DNA of 64,000 bases from Sphaerodactylus townsendi (Eukaryota): positions 26,040,001-26,104,000 of the forward strand of contig NC_059425.1 in assembly GCF_021028975.2 (NCBI RefSeq), given 5' to 3'. The first letter of the stretch is position 1; every line of letters begins with the position of its first letter. The notes beneath the pieces were generated by a model. It was not told where the DNA came from. It saw nothing but the letters and a program-made list of their open reading frames with translations, and ran no database searches. A program made the translations under genes and the position numbers. Below are positions 1 through 12,559 of this stretch, one piece after another.

Positions 1-57
1 GCGCATCTTTGGGAGCAAAAATTAATATAAGACACTCTTATTTTCAGGGAAACACGG
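1..57. mobile_element. Terminus of a Tc1/mariner (pogo/Tc2-like) non-autonomous DNA transposon, cut by the window edge
   Basis: Ends in cttattttcagggaaacacgg followed by TA, resembling the reverse complement of the CCGTGTTTCCCCGAAAATAAG-type TIR with a TA target site. Confidence 0.55.
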
Positions 58-887
58 TATATATTGTCATCTGTTTTTATCTACCTATTAATCGGTTGCT
101 TAATATTACAGTTACATTATTTTAATTGGTTTTATAATGACACTGTATTTTAAATTTAATTGATTGTTAAGTTTTATGTTGGGACCCGCCCTGAGCCCTG
201 TGGGGGAAAGAGTGGGATACAAATCTAACAAATAAACAAACCTGGATTGACAATATTCTGAGAATGGGGAAAGCTAGAGAGTGTATGATTAGTAGATGAT
301 GTTGTGTGGATGCTGAAGGGACCCCCTCAACCCACCCTCCTCTAATTTGGAAGACAAGATGTAGAAAAATCAACCATAAAGAACAACACTTTATGTAATT
401 AATTTCTAGGGCTTTTTTTTCATTGAGAGTTAATGTAGATAACAGCGAAAAAAGTGGAATATAGGTCAGTACGATAGATACCACGAATGGTGCAATAAAA
501 CTGGATTGCAAAATTGTAGAGCAATTAAATAATAATAAAAACATATTAACAGCTGTGGCAAGGGAGGGATTTCCCCCGTTAAACTTTTCTCATCCGTGAG
601 AAGTTGCAACCTGCCAAATTTCCCTCCCATGCAACAAGCAGCTTCAAGGCCAGTGTTGGAGACCAGCCCTCTAGCTGGCGTTGAGTTACAGATCTGTGAA
701 GATCTAGACCCTGGTGGGACGTGGGAGGGCAAGACAAGTTTGGACCCCTGGAAAGAGAAAGAGCCTAGCGCACAATGCAGCTGCGTACCAACCAGTTGGG
801 GGAGAAGTTGTGGGAGGGAGGGTGAAGGTAGGCACGGGACGGGACGCACCCAGGATGGAGTGTAGTAAGTCCTACTACAGCTCTGGA

Positions 888-901
888 GCGCCCCCTGGTG
901 G
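888..901 (-). promoter_or_regulatory. CTCF consensus site
   Basis: Plus-strand GCGCCCCCTGGTGG is CCACCAGGGGGCGC on the minus strand, a full match to the CTCF core, in a locally CpG-retaining patch. Confidence 0.65.
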
Positions 902-1462
902 CGAGGGGCTACGTAGCACGTTACGAGAGCGACTGAGCCCCTGTTCCAAGCCGGTTGTTCCGCCGGCTGGAAAGGAGAATCCAGATTTTGAGCAGGAAAT
1001 TAAGCGGAAAGGGCGCCTTTACCCAAGGGGCTTATTTTGGGGGAGAGTGAGAAGAAACAAGGTAGCCAGACCTTGGTGAGAAGTTGAGTTGCCAACCTCC
1101 TCCAGGTGGGGCCTGGGGTTCTCCCGGAAATACAGCTCATCTGACTACAGAGATCAGTTCCTGTAGGGCAGCTTCCAAGGACTGGTTCGATGCTATACCG
1201 TAGATCCTATTGCCCCCTCCACAAGCTCCACTCCCCAATCACCAGGAATTTCCCAGGTCGGGTTAGCAACCCTATGGAGTAGCTGCCAACAGCCTGAGGA
1301 AGTGGTGCTCTTCCGGTTTAGAAATCTAACTCTGGATAAAAAAAAAATGTCCTGGTTAGAATGAAGTTGGTGATGGCTGTGGGTTTGGAAGAGGAAGAGA
1401 AAAAAATGGGGTGGGGGGAGAACAGAGATGAAGGAACTGTTTCATGTCTGTGGGGTTCTATA

Positions 1463-1635
1463 TGACTCAGTTTTCTTTGCCCCATTTTCCCCACTGCCAA
1501 TGGAATAGTGGGTGGGTGGGGGGAGGGAGGAACGAGTGAAGGAATTGACTGTCCTGACACTAAAAAGATGACTCATCTAATTGGAATGACAGTGCTCAGG
1601 TGCCAAGTGGATGAGCCACAACTGGGGGTGACTCA
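1463..1635. promoter_or_regulatory. Cluster of three perfect AP-1 (TRE) sites, candidate distal FOSL1 enhancer
   Basis: TGACTCA at 1463-1469, 1569-1575 and 1629-1635 in non-repetitive-looking sequence about 7.7 kb upstream of the FOSL1 start. Confidence 0.5.
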
Positions 1636-1747
1636 TAAACGGCAGCCGCCTGGGGGCCCGGAAGGGACAAATGGAGGGGAACAAATGGAGCAAAGTTAGG
1701 GGTTGTCCCTTTATATTCTGGCGGGACCCCTGGCAGGACTCCAACAA

Positions 1748-2036
1748 GGTTAAGAGCAGGTGCATTCTAATCTGGAGAACCAGGTTTGATTCCCTGCTCT
1801 GCAACTTGAGCTGTGGAAGCTAAATTAGCTGTGGAAGCTGTGGGAACTAAATTAGCTTGTGCATTCCAACACAGGCCAGCTGGGTGACCTTGGGCTAGTC
1901 ACAGTTCTTTGGAGCTCTCTCAGCCCCACCCACCTCACAGGGTGTTTGTTGTGAGGGGGGGAGGGAAAGGAGTTTGTCAGCCCCTTTGAGTCTCCTACAG
2001 GAGAGAAAGGGGGGATATAAATCCAACTCTTCTTCT
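1748..2036 (+). mobile_element. tRNA-derived SINE (Squam3-like), 5'-truncated
   Basis: ggttaagagc...ggtttgattcc B box, ctgggtgaccttgggctagtcacag core, tataaatcc...tcttct tail; the same family recurs more than 10 times in the window. Confidence 0.8.
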
Positions 2037-4007
2037 ATCAGCAGCTTGGTTGACAAAGATCCAACAGGTGTAGAGTTCCTGATGCTGCCATCAGATGAAG
2101 GGTGCTACAGCTGTATGATTTCTGCCTGCGTGATGGTTGTTCAAGGTCCCGGGTTCTAGCTAGGAAATAGTCCGCAGCCTTCTTTTGTCATCACAGCAAG
2201 CCAGAGAGGTGTACTAGTCTTAGAAAGGAGATGTGCCCACAACCAACTATCCAGTTGAAAAAAGAAAACAACAAACTGACATTTGTGTGTTGGCAGGATG
2301 GGATGGAGAACAGAACCCCAACACCCAGGACTTCTTCCAAGAAATGTGATCTTTCTCTTAATTCAAAGAAGAGCTTTGCTCTCAAACTCCCCCCCCCCCA
2401 GCGCTAAGACTCAGTCCCAGTACAGAAAGTATTGCAGTGGCAGTGCCTCTGAACATGTGCAAAATTGCTTTTCTCAAATGCAAATAATCCAATGTATAGC
2501 TTCCAGTTCAGTCTGTTGCATTTTTAGGAGTTTAATTATTCTTGTCTTATAGAATTAGAACATGAAATCTCCCAATGCTGCTAAATTTGTGGTGGGTCCA
2601 GAATGTTCAAAAAACAACACGTCATTAACTCTGGCCTCACTCTGTAAATGGCCAGAAGCTGAAATTACTGTTTAAATAAAAGGATTATGAACATTCCTAG
2701 AGAAGAGGTCTACCAATGGCTAATAGTTAAATGGAACCTCCATGTTCAGAGGCAGTATATCTTTGACCGACAATTGCAAACCACAGAGAAATACAAGCTT
2801 CTTCGTGCCCTGATTTGAACCTTCCTGGGAACATCTGTCTAATGGCTCTTGCAGCTATAGTTCTGATGAATTTTGACTGTGGCAAGTCACTTTGATGGAA
2901 AATGGAGATTAACAATTTGCCTTGTATCAGGATCTGAGCAGGCGTAACCCCCCCCCCCCCCCCAATCCCTCTTGATCCAAGGTGTTGGATCCATTACACA
3001 GGGCAGAAGAAAGCAGCAGCGGGATGAAACTGAGGCTCTGTGGAAGATCCTCCCTTTCAAGTGGCAGTTTCCTTTCTCTAGCCATCCCGCCCAGCTCTTT
3101 CTTCCTGCTCTTTCAACTGCAGCATGCCACAGAAATGCATTTGAGGGAGCAGGCCAAGATCCGAGCAACATCCTTGAAACGTGAGTTAAGCTCTGGGAGG
3201 AAGAGGATGCATGACTAACCTGAAAAGTATACGGATGCCTCACTTCTCTTGGGCTGCAGCCATAGCAAGCCTGCTGGTTTCCACGTGTGACTCTTGCTGC
3301 CTGGTGGTGGGTCCTCTTTGCTTCACACAGTAAGCAGAGGTGAAAATGAAATTTGCAAGCAAGGCCTGAAACTGTTCGTGCAAAGATCTGCACTCCCTTC
3401 TAAATGTTTTTTTTTGGTGTGGTCTATCTCCCTCTTTATGTGTATTCCTGTCTATGGACTTACTTAACCACCCCTTACATTGGAGCCAAAAAGAAAACAA
3501 TATATTTAGACAGCTATCTGAACTATCTCCCCCTGAAAAAAATATCAAAATAAATAAAAGTTTCAGATAGCATTTCATCTGCTGTTTTGAAAGGAGGGTT
3601 TAAAAAATATCTGTGAATGGTTAGAATGAATGGTGCTGGAAGATGCATGGCTGAGGACTTTGGTGTGTCTCTCAGGAACATATTCAAGAAAGCTGGTCAG
3701 TCTGAACACTGCAGCAAAAAAATAAACAGGAGTTTTATGCCACCTTAAAGACCAGCAAGATTCTATTCCGGCATAAGGTTTCATGAGCCCAGTTGGTCTC
3801 ATGGAGATAGTTTTCAGCATCTATGTGGTGGGGACTCACTACATGAATCAGATGAAGCCGGTTGTAATGCACTATTGTTTGAATAAGCATTGTTTAAATA
3901 AATATTTGTTTGTCTTTCAGATGTCGCAAGTTTCCTGTGTTTCACAGTTCTGCAAAGCTAATTGCTTCAGAAGAGCCTCTGGTAGAAATCTGGATTATAC
4001 CCAAATG

Positions 4008-4377
4008 CAGTGGTGGTGAACCTATGGCACTCAGGGGGCCTTTCCCCACTTACCTTAATCCCCCCTATGCATCCCAGGCACGCACCTGGGCGTCCCCACA
4101 ACCCTGCGCTCTGCGTGGGGTCATCACAAGGCGCCGTTTAAAAGAGCACCAGGGATGCCGCACGCTGAGGGGGCGCGACCGCGGCAGCGTCAGGGCAGCT
4201 GCGCTGTCGCCGCCCCTGTCATGTGGAGTGCCGGGGGACCCCGCGCTACTTTCGGAGAGTAGCGCGGGGCTTAAGGTAAGTGGGGAAAGGCCCATGGACT
4301 ACATTGGCCATGCTGGCAGAGGCTGATGGGAATTGTAGTCTATGAACATCTGGAGTGCCATAGGTTCACCACCACGG
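4008..4377. mobile_element. Short hAT-type MITE interrupted by a palindromic GC-rich MITE (4036-4293)
   Basis: Outer TIRs cagtggtggtgaacctatggcactc / gagtgccataggttcaccaccacgg with degenerate 8-bp flanks cccaaatg/ccctaatt; inner TIRs gggcctttccccacttacctt / aaggtaagtggggaaaggccc. Confidence 0.75.
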
Positions 4378-7300
4378 CCCTAATTACTTGGTGCCCCGTT
4401 GACTTTATGGGAAGAAGATATGGCTGAATGGTAGAGCCTCTGCTTGGCATGCAGAAGGTCTCAAGTTCAATCCCCAGCAACTCTGCTTGAAAGAATCAGG
4501 TAGGAGGCAATATGAAAGATCTCTGTCTAGAACAGGCTGAAGCATCTGACGGGTGGGGGTGGGTGGGGGCAGCAAGGCAGCCTGCTGGATTCATGGGCTT
4601 CCAAGTCTTGACTTGTGCAGCCCTTCTGCACAACACGTAAACCTTGCTTGGGAAAACAGGAGCTTTCTTTTGCAGCTGACCCAATATTCCAATTTCACAA
4701 TGTACTCAGAGGAATTGACATGAGTTGACAATATAAGGCTTTTAATGACTGCTTTCCACCTCTGCATTCATACACTCACTAGAAGGAGACATCTTTTCTT
4801 CAGTCTGGCATTTCTATGACTTCTGCAGTTACGCTCGTTTTGATTATATGGACATCATCTTATATTCTTCTTTCAGTCTGAGGAAAGTATCAGAAGGATA
4901 CTAAAATGAACTTCAAAAAACCCAGATTTATTTATTTATTTATTTATTCATTCATTCATTCATTTAGATTTTTAGACCGCCCTCCCCCAAAGGGCAGTGA
5001 ACAACATAAAATACAATAATATAATAATGATAATTCGCACCCTCATCTGATCCTGTTCCTATTAACAGTGAATTATCTGCTGCATGTTATTCTGGATATG
5101 TCATTGTTCATGTTACATTGACTATAGATAATCTGTTAACTCTGTTGTTTACTGCAAATAGAGTTCAGTGATTTTAGTCATGAGAATCCAGTTTGTCGTA
5201 CACTGCATGACAGGTTTCCGTCTGAGACCATTCTATTCCAGTGGGTTATTATCTTACATTCCTGCCTTTCTTGTAGATTCTAAGGAGACCTGGCTGTGCT
5301 GTAGTTGTTGTCATTGTCTGGAAGACCACCTTCCCTACCCCCCTTCCATCCATGGTCTTAAGACATGTAGTGCTACCCTTTTGCCGAATTTTTATTCTGC
5401 TTCAAAGTCCTACATGGCCTGGGCCTTGCATACCTATGGAATCATCTCTCCTGCTTTGTCCTCTGAAGATTGCTGCAGTTGGTGATCCGTGGTCTGAAAA
5501 CTGTCCAGCTTGCCTTCACCAGGGCCAGGGATCTTTTGGTCTTGGCCCAACCTGCTGGAATGTTCTGTCCAGTGAGATCAGGCCCTGCGTGACCTGTTGC
5601 AGATCCACAGGGCCTGTAAGATGGAGCTGTCCAACTGGGCCTATGGTTGAAGCAGTTCTGGTTGTTACTTTCCATCCCACCTTTTCTCTCCCCTTCTGTA
5701 TCCTGTTTTTATTGTAATTTAATCGCTACCTGGTTTTAGAAATGTCTGATGTTGGACATGCTGGCGTTGTATTTTATTTAAATGTTGGAAGCCATCGTGA
5801 GCTCCTGTGGGGAAGGGCGGCATATAAAACCAATAAATGAAATTAAATGGATGGGGGTCCATAGGAGCTGCTCTGTGAGTTTCCAGAATAGGTGAATCGC
5901 CTTACTAGTCAGCACTTCTCATTTTAACCCCCCCCCCCATCTTTCCTTCTCATCCAATCAAAGCCATTCCCTATCTGTCTGAATACAAATTATTAAATCT
6001 GTGTTAGTTCCATAGAGCATCTGGGTGCCTTAAGAGCAGTGCAGGATTTGGGGGCAAGCCATGGGCATGTGTGCTTAACCCCCCTTCCTCCAAAATGAGT
6101 CAGCAGAATCCTTTTGGTGTGTCTCACATCCTGCCAGATCTCAGATGCTCATTAACCCCTGAAGTTCCAAAAAAGAGGGTCAGACTGGCATTCCCCCTTG
6201 CCCTGTCCTAGGGATTTTCAAAGAAAGTAAGTCCTTAATTGTTAGGAGGAGCCACATTGTACAGTGTTATTGGCCTTAATTTTTTAGTGTTTTGGATATT
6301 TTGTGCACAAGAGGGCTGTGCTTTATAAGGCAGTTATAATAAGCACAGGGGTGGGTGCGGATTACAATCACTGTACTGGCATTTCTACCTGTTTCTTCAT
6401 TCCCTCAGTCAGCCCCAGACTGTAAAATGGGAACAAGCATAGCATATCTTTCAAAGTAGACAGGCATGTTAAAATATGTTATGTAAACAATAGGATTCTT
6501 GAATCCTGTTGTTAATTTCCAAAATCTTCAGGGATAGGGCAGGATATAAATCCAATAAATAAATAAATAAAATGAGAGGCTCTGAATTTTCTAGAATGCC
6601 TACACTGAGTCAGAAGACTGACGCAGACATACACACACCATGTTGGGCAGTTATGATTACTCAGAGTTGTGGGAAAGGTTATCTGCACATGCTCACATGT
6701 ACTCTGCTCCTACTACATTTTCCAGACATAGGCAAGCAGTTTGAAGGAACTGACCCTCAGCAGCCTTCAGGAACAGAATATATGCTTCTTTCATGTCCAT
6801 TTGGTGCTGGAGCTGATTTCCCTTTTGCCCTCTTCACTTTCTCTGCCCAGAGAACAGTCAGTTTCATTTTTGAATCATTTCCTGATTTTGATTCTTAGGG
6901 TCCAAGGACAGGAAAAGAAAGTGAAAATTCTGACTCCTCCTCCTCTCTATACATTTTCCATCAATATGTTTGGAAGTGGGCTAAAAAAACAATACATTTG
7001 TCACAGAGCCTAAGCAAGTGAGCAATGAATGAAGAAGGCCTGGCTTTGCTTTCCTGTAAACTTCGTAGGTGGTCTCAGATGCACCTGTTGCTCTCCACCT
7101 TAACCCCCTACCTGCAATATGGGGAGCATTGCACTAATCTTCCTTATAAGGTTATTGTAGGGTTTACTGAAAATATGCATGAACTGCATTGAGCTCTTTA
7201 AGGCTCTGTGCAAAGCATCATTACTGATCACATTGTTTAGGATTAATACAATAATTAAAATTTCAATTTTCCTTCTGTCATTTTCCGTCATTGCATAAAG

Positions 7301-7714
7301 TGCTGTCATTTGTTCATCACATTCAGATAATTCAGGTTCTAAATTCAGGTTAGACCTCTTCCGAGAGATGGAGGAACCCCAGGTCCAATCCCGCCCCGCG
7401 CGCCCCCCCCCCATTAGCGGCATACACTGTCTTTCCTCAGAGAAGACAGGAACTTGGGCTGTTCAATCCTCATTCCCAATCGGATAAACCCCCACACCCC
7501 CAGAAAGGAACAGGTTTGTCAACTTTATTCACCACTCTTGCTTTTGTGCTTTTACAACATTCTCAAACATAGGCTTTTCATACCACTTATCACCATGCTA
7601 GGAAAAGCTTTACCGGTTGAACTTCTATGTGCCAGTTTTTTGTTGTTGAAGACTGAGCTAAAGGAAAGCAGGTGGCAACTTTACCATGGAACCCAGGGGC
7701 TCTAGTAACTAGAC

Positions 7715-8288
7715 CAGGGGTAGGGAACCTGCGGCTCGAGAGCCGCATGCGGCTCTTCTGCCCTTGCACTGCGGCTCCACGAGCCGAGCCGCTGGCTTCA
7801 TCCTTGTCTGCCCTGCAGGCAGCAGGGCGGGCGCACCAACTGCCCGCGGACGGCCGCGCCGCGGGCTTCCCCTCTCGCCCACCCCATTGGAGCAGGGTGG
7901 GCGCTTTCCTGGTGGCCGGCAAGGCTGAGCCACCGGCTTCATCCTTGCCCGCACTGCAGGCAGCAGGGCAGGCGCACCAATTGCCCGTGGCCGGCTGGGC
8001 AGTGCCGTGGGCTTCCCCTCTCGCCCACCCCGTTCGAGTGGGGCAGGCGCTTTCCCGGCAGCCGGCAAGGCCAAGCCACTGGCCCCATCCTTGCCCGCCC
8101 TGCAGGCAGCAGGGCAGGCGCATCCATGAGCTTCTCAGAATGAGTGGAGTAAAAGGTAAAAAAACCCAATATATACAGTGTTATCTTTATTTTAAATGTC
8201 AAAAATTATTTGCGGCTCCAAGTGTTTTCTTTTCCCATGGAAAACGGGTCCAAATGGCTCTTTGAGTGTTAAAGGTTCCCTACCCCTG
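7715..8288. mobile_element. Non-autonomous hAT (Charlie-like) transposon with internal GC-rich repeats of about 140 bp
   Basis: 16-bp perfect TIR caggggtagggaacct / aggttccctacccctg; perfect 8-bp TSD aactagac (7707-7714, 8289-8296); partial inverted copy at 50839-51053. Confidence 0.9.
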
Positions 8289-8499
8289 AACTAGACGAAG
8301 CTGCTTTCCATCTGGTGACCCCCAAAATCTTGGTTCTTAACTTTGCTCAATCTTTTGAGCCCCCCAGGAGTTCCGATTCTCCTTTCTAGTGCTGACTAAA
8401 CCTCAGGGATCTGCTTGGGGAGTGACCCCTCCTTCCCCTAATGGCGCAAGGCCAGGAGTGTGGCTCTATCTAGGTTTACAACTTGGATATGTTCCCACT

Positions 8500-9294
8500 G
8501 GGGAGCAGCCGGGGATTTCCCTGCTTCTGCCCACGAGAGTATGAATCACCCCCGTGAAGAATGTGAGACGCCATCCGGACCGGACTGAACCGGTTGAGGG
8601 AGCACGTGCTGCGGCGCGGGGGGAAGGGAAGTGCTCTATCGGTTTCCCCCCTCTGTCATCATCAACTATTTCCCACCCTCCCGGTATCAACGTTTCAAGG
8701 TTGAGTTTCAGTTTCCTACTAGCGCTCCCAAGCATGTGCAGAGTGCCTCGGCCTCAGCACGGTGTACACGTAACAAGCCCCGCCCCAGAAGGCGGTATGA
8801 GGGGACGCAGATTTTCCAGGCCAAACACATCCCTCGAAACTTTGTCTCGAGTCAATCGGTCCTCGGTCTCTTATCTACAGCCCAGCAACTTTCGGGGTGG
8901 AATCCAGGTTTCTATCACGCAGGAGAAACCCTGAGCAAACGGGGAATCCTTTTTCTCGGCAGGAATCAATCATGCCATGTAAGGGCATCTACGTCATAGT
9001 CCCGTGACTCATCCAGGGCATGAACCAAGCGCGGCTTTACTGAGAAAAGGCGACGCGCGGCGCTGAAAAGTTCGGTTCGTGCAGGGTGGCGGCGGTAACA
9101 GCCGATACGCCGGCTCCTGCAATGGCGCCTTGGGGGCGGGGTTTGCCATGCAAATAAGCTCGCTGAGTGGCAGCATGGAAATCTCTCCCCCCCTTCCCTG
9201 AAGCAAAAGTACGAGCAATGTGCTAGGGAGTTCCCATTCATAAAAATCCTCAGACAGAGGGAGAGTCAGTTGGCTGGGCTGAGCCCGGGCAGAG
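8500..9294 (+). promoter_or_regulatory. FOSL1: FOSL1 CpG-rich immediate-early promoter
   Basis: kB-like GGGGATTTCC 8511-8520, E-box CACGTG 8603-8608, Ets CAGGAA 8960-8965, CArG-like CCATGTAAGG 8975-8984, CRE/ATF-like TACGTCA 8990-8996, AP-1 TGACTCA 9005-9011, GC box 9132-9141, octamer ATGCAAAT 9148-9155, TATA-like CATAAAAA 9239-9246. Confidence 0.8.
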
Positions 9295-9393
9295 ATGTTC
9301 AAAGAGTACGGAGCAGGCAGGCTACCCGCTCCAGGCGCTCCTCGGCCGCGTTTGCAGAGCCCCGCGCCCACCTTTCGCCCACCTTCTCAGCAG
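9295..9393 (+). CDS. FOSL1: FOS-like 1 (Fra-1), coding exon 1
   Basis: ATG at 9295, MFKEYGAG...PPSQQ (33 codons), donor CAG|GTAAAC; matches the FOSL1 MFRDFG...QQ exon pattern; phase 0. Confidence 0.85.
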
Positions 9394-11813
9394 GTAAACG
9401 GCTTTTTTTTTCGCTCTCTCGGTGTCGATTTCTCCTTCCGAAAATAAGAGGTACTGAAGATCAAAGCCCATCTACAAAAACCCCTTCCCCCGGCTGTTTT
9501 TCCTCAGGCGCAGTCTGTACATGCTCAGACGCACTTTGGTCTGCTTGGTCTTTTAGCGTTTCTTCCTTTTTAGACACGACTCCCCCCCTTCCACGTGTCG
9601 TTCTCCCGAGTTGCTGGCTGCGGTGCTGAACGTAGTTCAAGGGTGATCTCTCACAGCGACCCAACTCCGTTCCTTTTTTTTTTGACGGAAGCCTTAGGTC
9701 ATCGATAAAGTGGAATTAGTTAATGTTTTCACAGTTGCTATCCAGGGTGTTTTTCCTAACTTGGGGGAAATGGTTAATTTTTAAACAGGTGCTGAGATTT
9801 ACTGGAACCCCCATTATTTCTTGCAAGGGCCCTTCTCTCTAATCGGAGGTGTGGGAGAGGGGGAGATGAGTCACCCGTGAAGGAAATGTGTAACCTATTT
9901 ACAACTGAATTTTTAAGAGATTTCAATTGAATACCATTTCAGTTTCTGTAAAACTCCATGACTCTACATGTCTGATATTCAGTGACCTAACCAAATATGC
10001 CAGTCTGTCAGTGTTCCTGTTCTATATTTTATATGTCTGTCCTTTTGCATAACTATCTCTCAGTTACAAAATACCTTTGATAATCATATGGTATCATTTT
10101 AAAAATAACACTCTGTACATGCTCAGAGGCCGAGTTATTCCTTGCTGTATGGGTTGATTTTGGAAATAGTTTTTCACTCTCAGACTATATTGAGGCAGGG
10201 TCCGTACAGTAACTAAAACCAAGCCCTTTGGAGCTAGACCTACAGAACACTTTGTAGGGAATACATATTTTCTTGTTAGGTGATCTATGAGGATAATACC
10301 AGAACTGGCCAGTAGGAGGCACTGGTATTCCAGATGTGGTCTGAGTTGGAGCAGACTGGAGAAGGCAAGGGGTAGGAGCCCTTGTAGGATATGACAACTG
10401 AACCATCTGGAATGTGAGCACTTGAAAGGAAGTGGAGCCTAGTGCTTAAAATGTGTTCTTTAGTATCTAGGACGCCTGAGTTTTTTTGAAAATAGAGCAT
10501 TGGGGGAAGGGGGAGAGAGAGAGAGAGCTCACATTGGTTTATCCTTAATTAGAAACCCACCTGGTTATATAACTTTATACGTTCCCTAGCACAGTGAGCC
10601 AAAAGAGTAATATAAATATACTCAGTTGATTTTGAGGTGTTTTCAAACATGTCTTTAAAAATCAATATGGTTTGAGTATGGTGAGAAGGGGAGTAAATGA
10701 CAGGAGGATTCAGGCAGCAGGGCTCTGCACCCCCACCCCTGATTTTTGGATTGGGAGGCTTCAGGACACCTATAGAGCTGCCCTATACCTCTCCAGGGAA
10801 GTGGTGTCTAGCTATCCAATCTAGCTGGTGGAAACCAGAGTTTCTGTATAGAAGATGATATTTGAAATGGCCATGCTGGCAGGGGCTGATGGGAATCGTA
10901 GTCCGTGAACATCTGGGGTGCCAGAGTTGGAGACCCCTGGTGTAAAGAATGAACGGGATGTCTGACTCGGGGAATGGGAGATAATACATCAGCCAGACCT
11001 GTCTCTTTTTCTTCCTTCTGGAAAAAAAATGACAGGGGGCATTCAATACTGTGGGAGGGGGGGCAACTGGGCAACATTTGGGGATATTAGCTCCTCCTCC
11101 TCACTTCCCACAGCTTCTGACAGCCAGAGAGAGTTGTTTCGTGTTGATCACCCCATCCAGAGGATAAAATACTAGCTGACTTCTGCTGGCCCTTAAAAGG
11201 TGGCACGCGGCAAATAGGAATCAAAGGTGGCCCTATGAAGTTGACTGGGTAGCCAGCAGGTTCAAGCCTCTCCTTGAATATATGCCTGAGATCTTATGCA
11301 GAAATCATAAATATAACTATAAAAACACAATCGTCTTGTCTGGAGTGCTGCTTTTATGTTGTGGTTTTTAAAACGTGTGACTTGGAGAGTAGTTAATGAT
11401 AATGTTGTGTCCTTGGGGGCAAGGGGCAGTGGGTTAAAGGTTAAGAACCACTGCTCTAACCACTGTACAGCATTGTTTCCCTTTGCTGAGGGTCTTCCTC
11501 TTTTTAAAAGCCATATAGCACACTGAAGGCTTGGCAATCCACTGCCATAGAAAGTTGGCTTTTTTCTCCTTCCTCAGAAGAAGGAAGGGCACAGGTAGCC
11601 CAGCACGCTGTTTCCACTGGTGGTCAGTCAGATGCTGCTGGGAAGCTCTTCTGTAATGTTCGCCCCCTCAGATATATTGTCACTGTCCATGGAAGTTCCA
11701 TTTTGCTGTCATGAACAAAACCTATTGATAGGCATGTCCTCCATGAATGTTGCCCAATCTCCTTTTAAAGCTATCTAAGGCAGTGGCTATTTCATCTTGT
11801 GGCAGTGAGTTCC

Positions 11814-12113
11814 AGAAGAAGAAGAGTTGGGACTTATACCCCGCTCCTTTCTCTCCTGTAAGGAGACTCATGGTGGCTTACAAGTTCCTTTCCCTTCCTC
11901 TCCCCACAACAGACACCTTGTGAGGTCGGTGGGGCTGAGAGAGTTCCAGAGAACCGTGACTAGCCCAAGGTCACCCAGCTGGCATGTAAGAGTGGAGAAA
12001 CACATCCAGTTCACCAGATAAGTCTCTGCCACTCAGGTGGAGGAGTGGGTAATCAAACCCGGTTCTTCAGATTAGAATCTACCTACTCTTAACCACTATA
12101 CCACGCTGGCTCT
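11814..12113 (-). mobile_element. Squam3-like SINE, full length
   Basis: Reverse complement of agccagcgtggtatagtggttaagag head through (tct)n tail. Confidence 0.85.
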
Positions 12114-12423
12114 GTGCATTCAGAAATAAACCAGGTTACTACAAAAGACGATATATCAAGGGGCACATTTGGCCTGTGTTTTCTGCCTAGACTGGAAAAG
12201 GGAGTGCTCTTCTCCCTCAAACCGGTTCATATGTTCTGTTCCTCCCTCCCTCCCCCTATCATCAGTTTTATCTGGGTGATTGGAATCCTAAAAATATACT
12301 TCTGCATTTTCCCATTTTCTTTCAGTTGTATTTTTTCCCCAGAAAACAAACTCCCCCCACTTCTCATTCATTTTTTTCAAAGAGACATTGAGAGAACACT
12401 GTTCTCACACTGCCAATTGAGCC

Positions 12424-12462
12424 CCCCACCCCACCCCACCCCACCCCACCCCACCCCACCCC
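12424..12462. repeat. (CCCCA)n pentamer repeat; G-quadruplex-capable on the minus strand
   Basis: Eight C4 tracts separated by single A. Confidence 0.9.
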
Positions 12463-12559
12463 TAGCTGTCAGGTCTCTGCACTAAGTGGGGAGAGAAGAG
12501 ATTTCCCTACCAGGTGACTTTCTTTACACCTGGGTCATCTGTTGGGGCAGGATGGGAGG

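Noticed and set aside
4420-4490. tRNA-like sequence (tggctgaatggtagagc...gttcaatcccc); similar at about 33410-33480 and 57360-57410
   Set aside because: Acceptor and D stems do not pair properly and it runs into a SINE body; a tRNA-derived SINE head, not a tRNA gene
7590-8265. 177-197 aa ORFs with internal repeats
   Set aside because: They coincide with the GC-rich repeats of a non-autonomous hAT element and show no transposase motifs
8466-9664. Multiple overlapping ORFs around the FOSL1 promoter
   Set aside because: CpG-island artefacts; the real coding segment is the 99-nt exon 9295-9393
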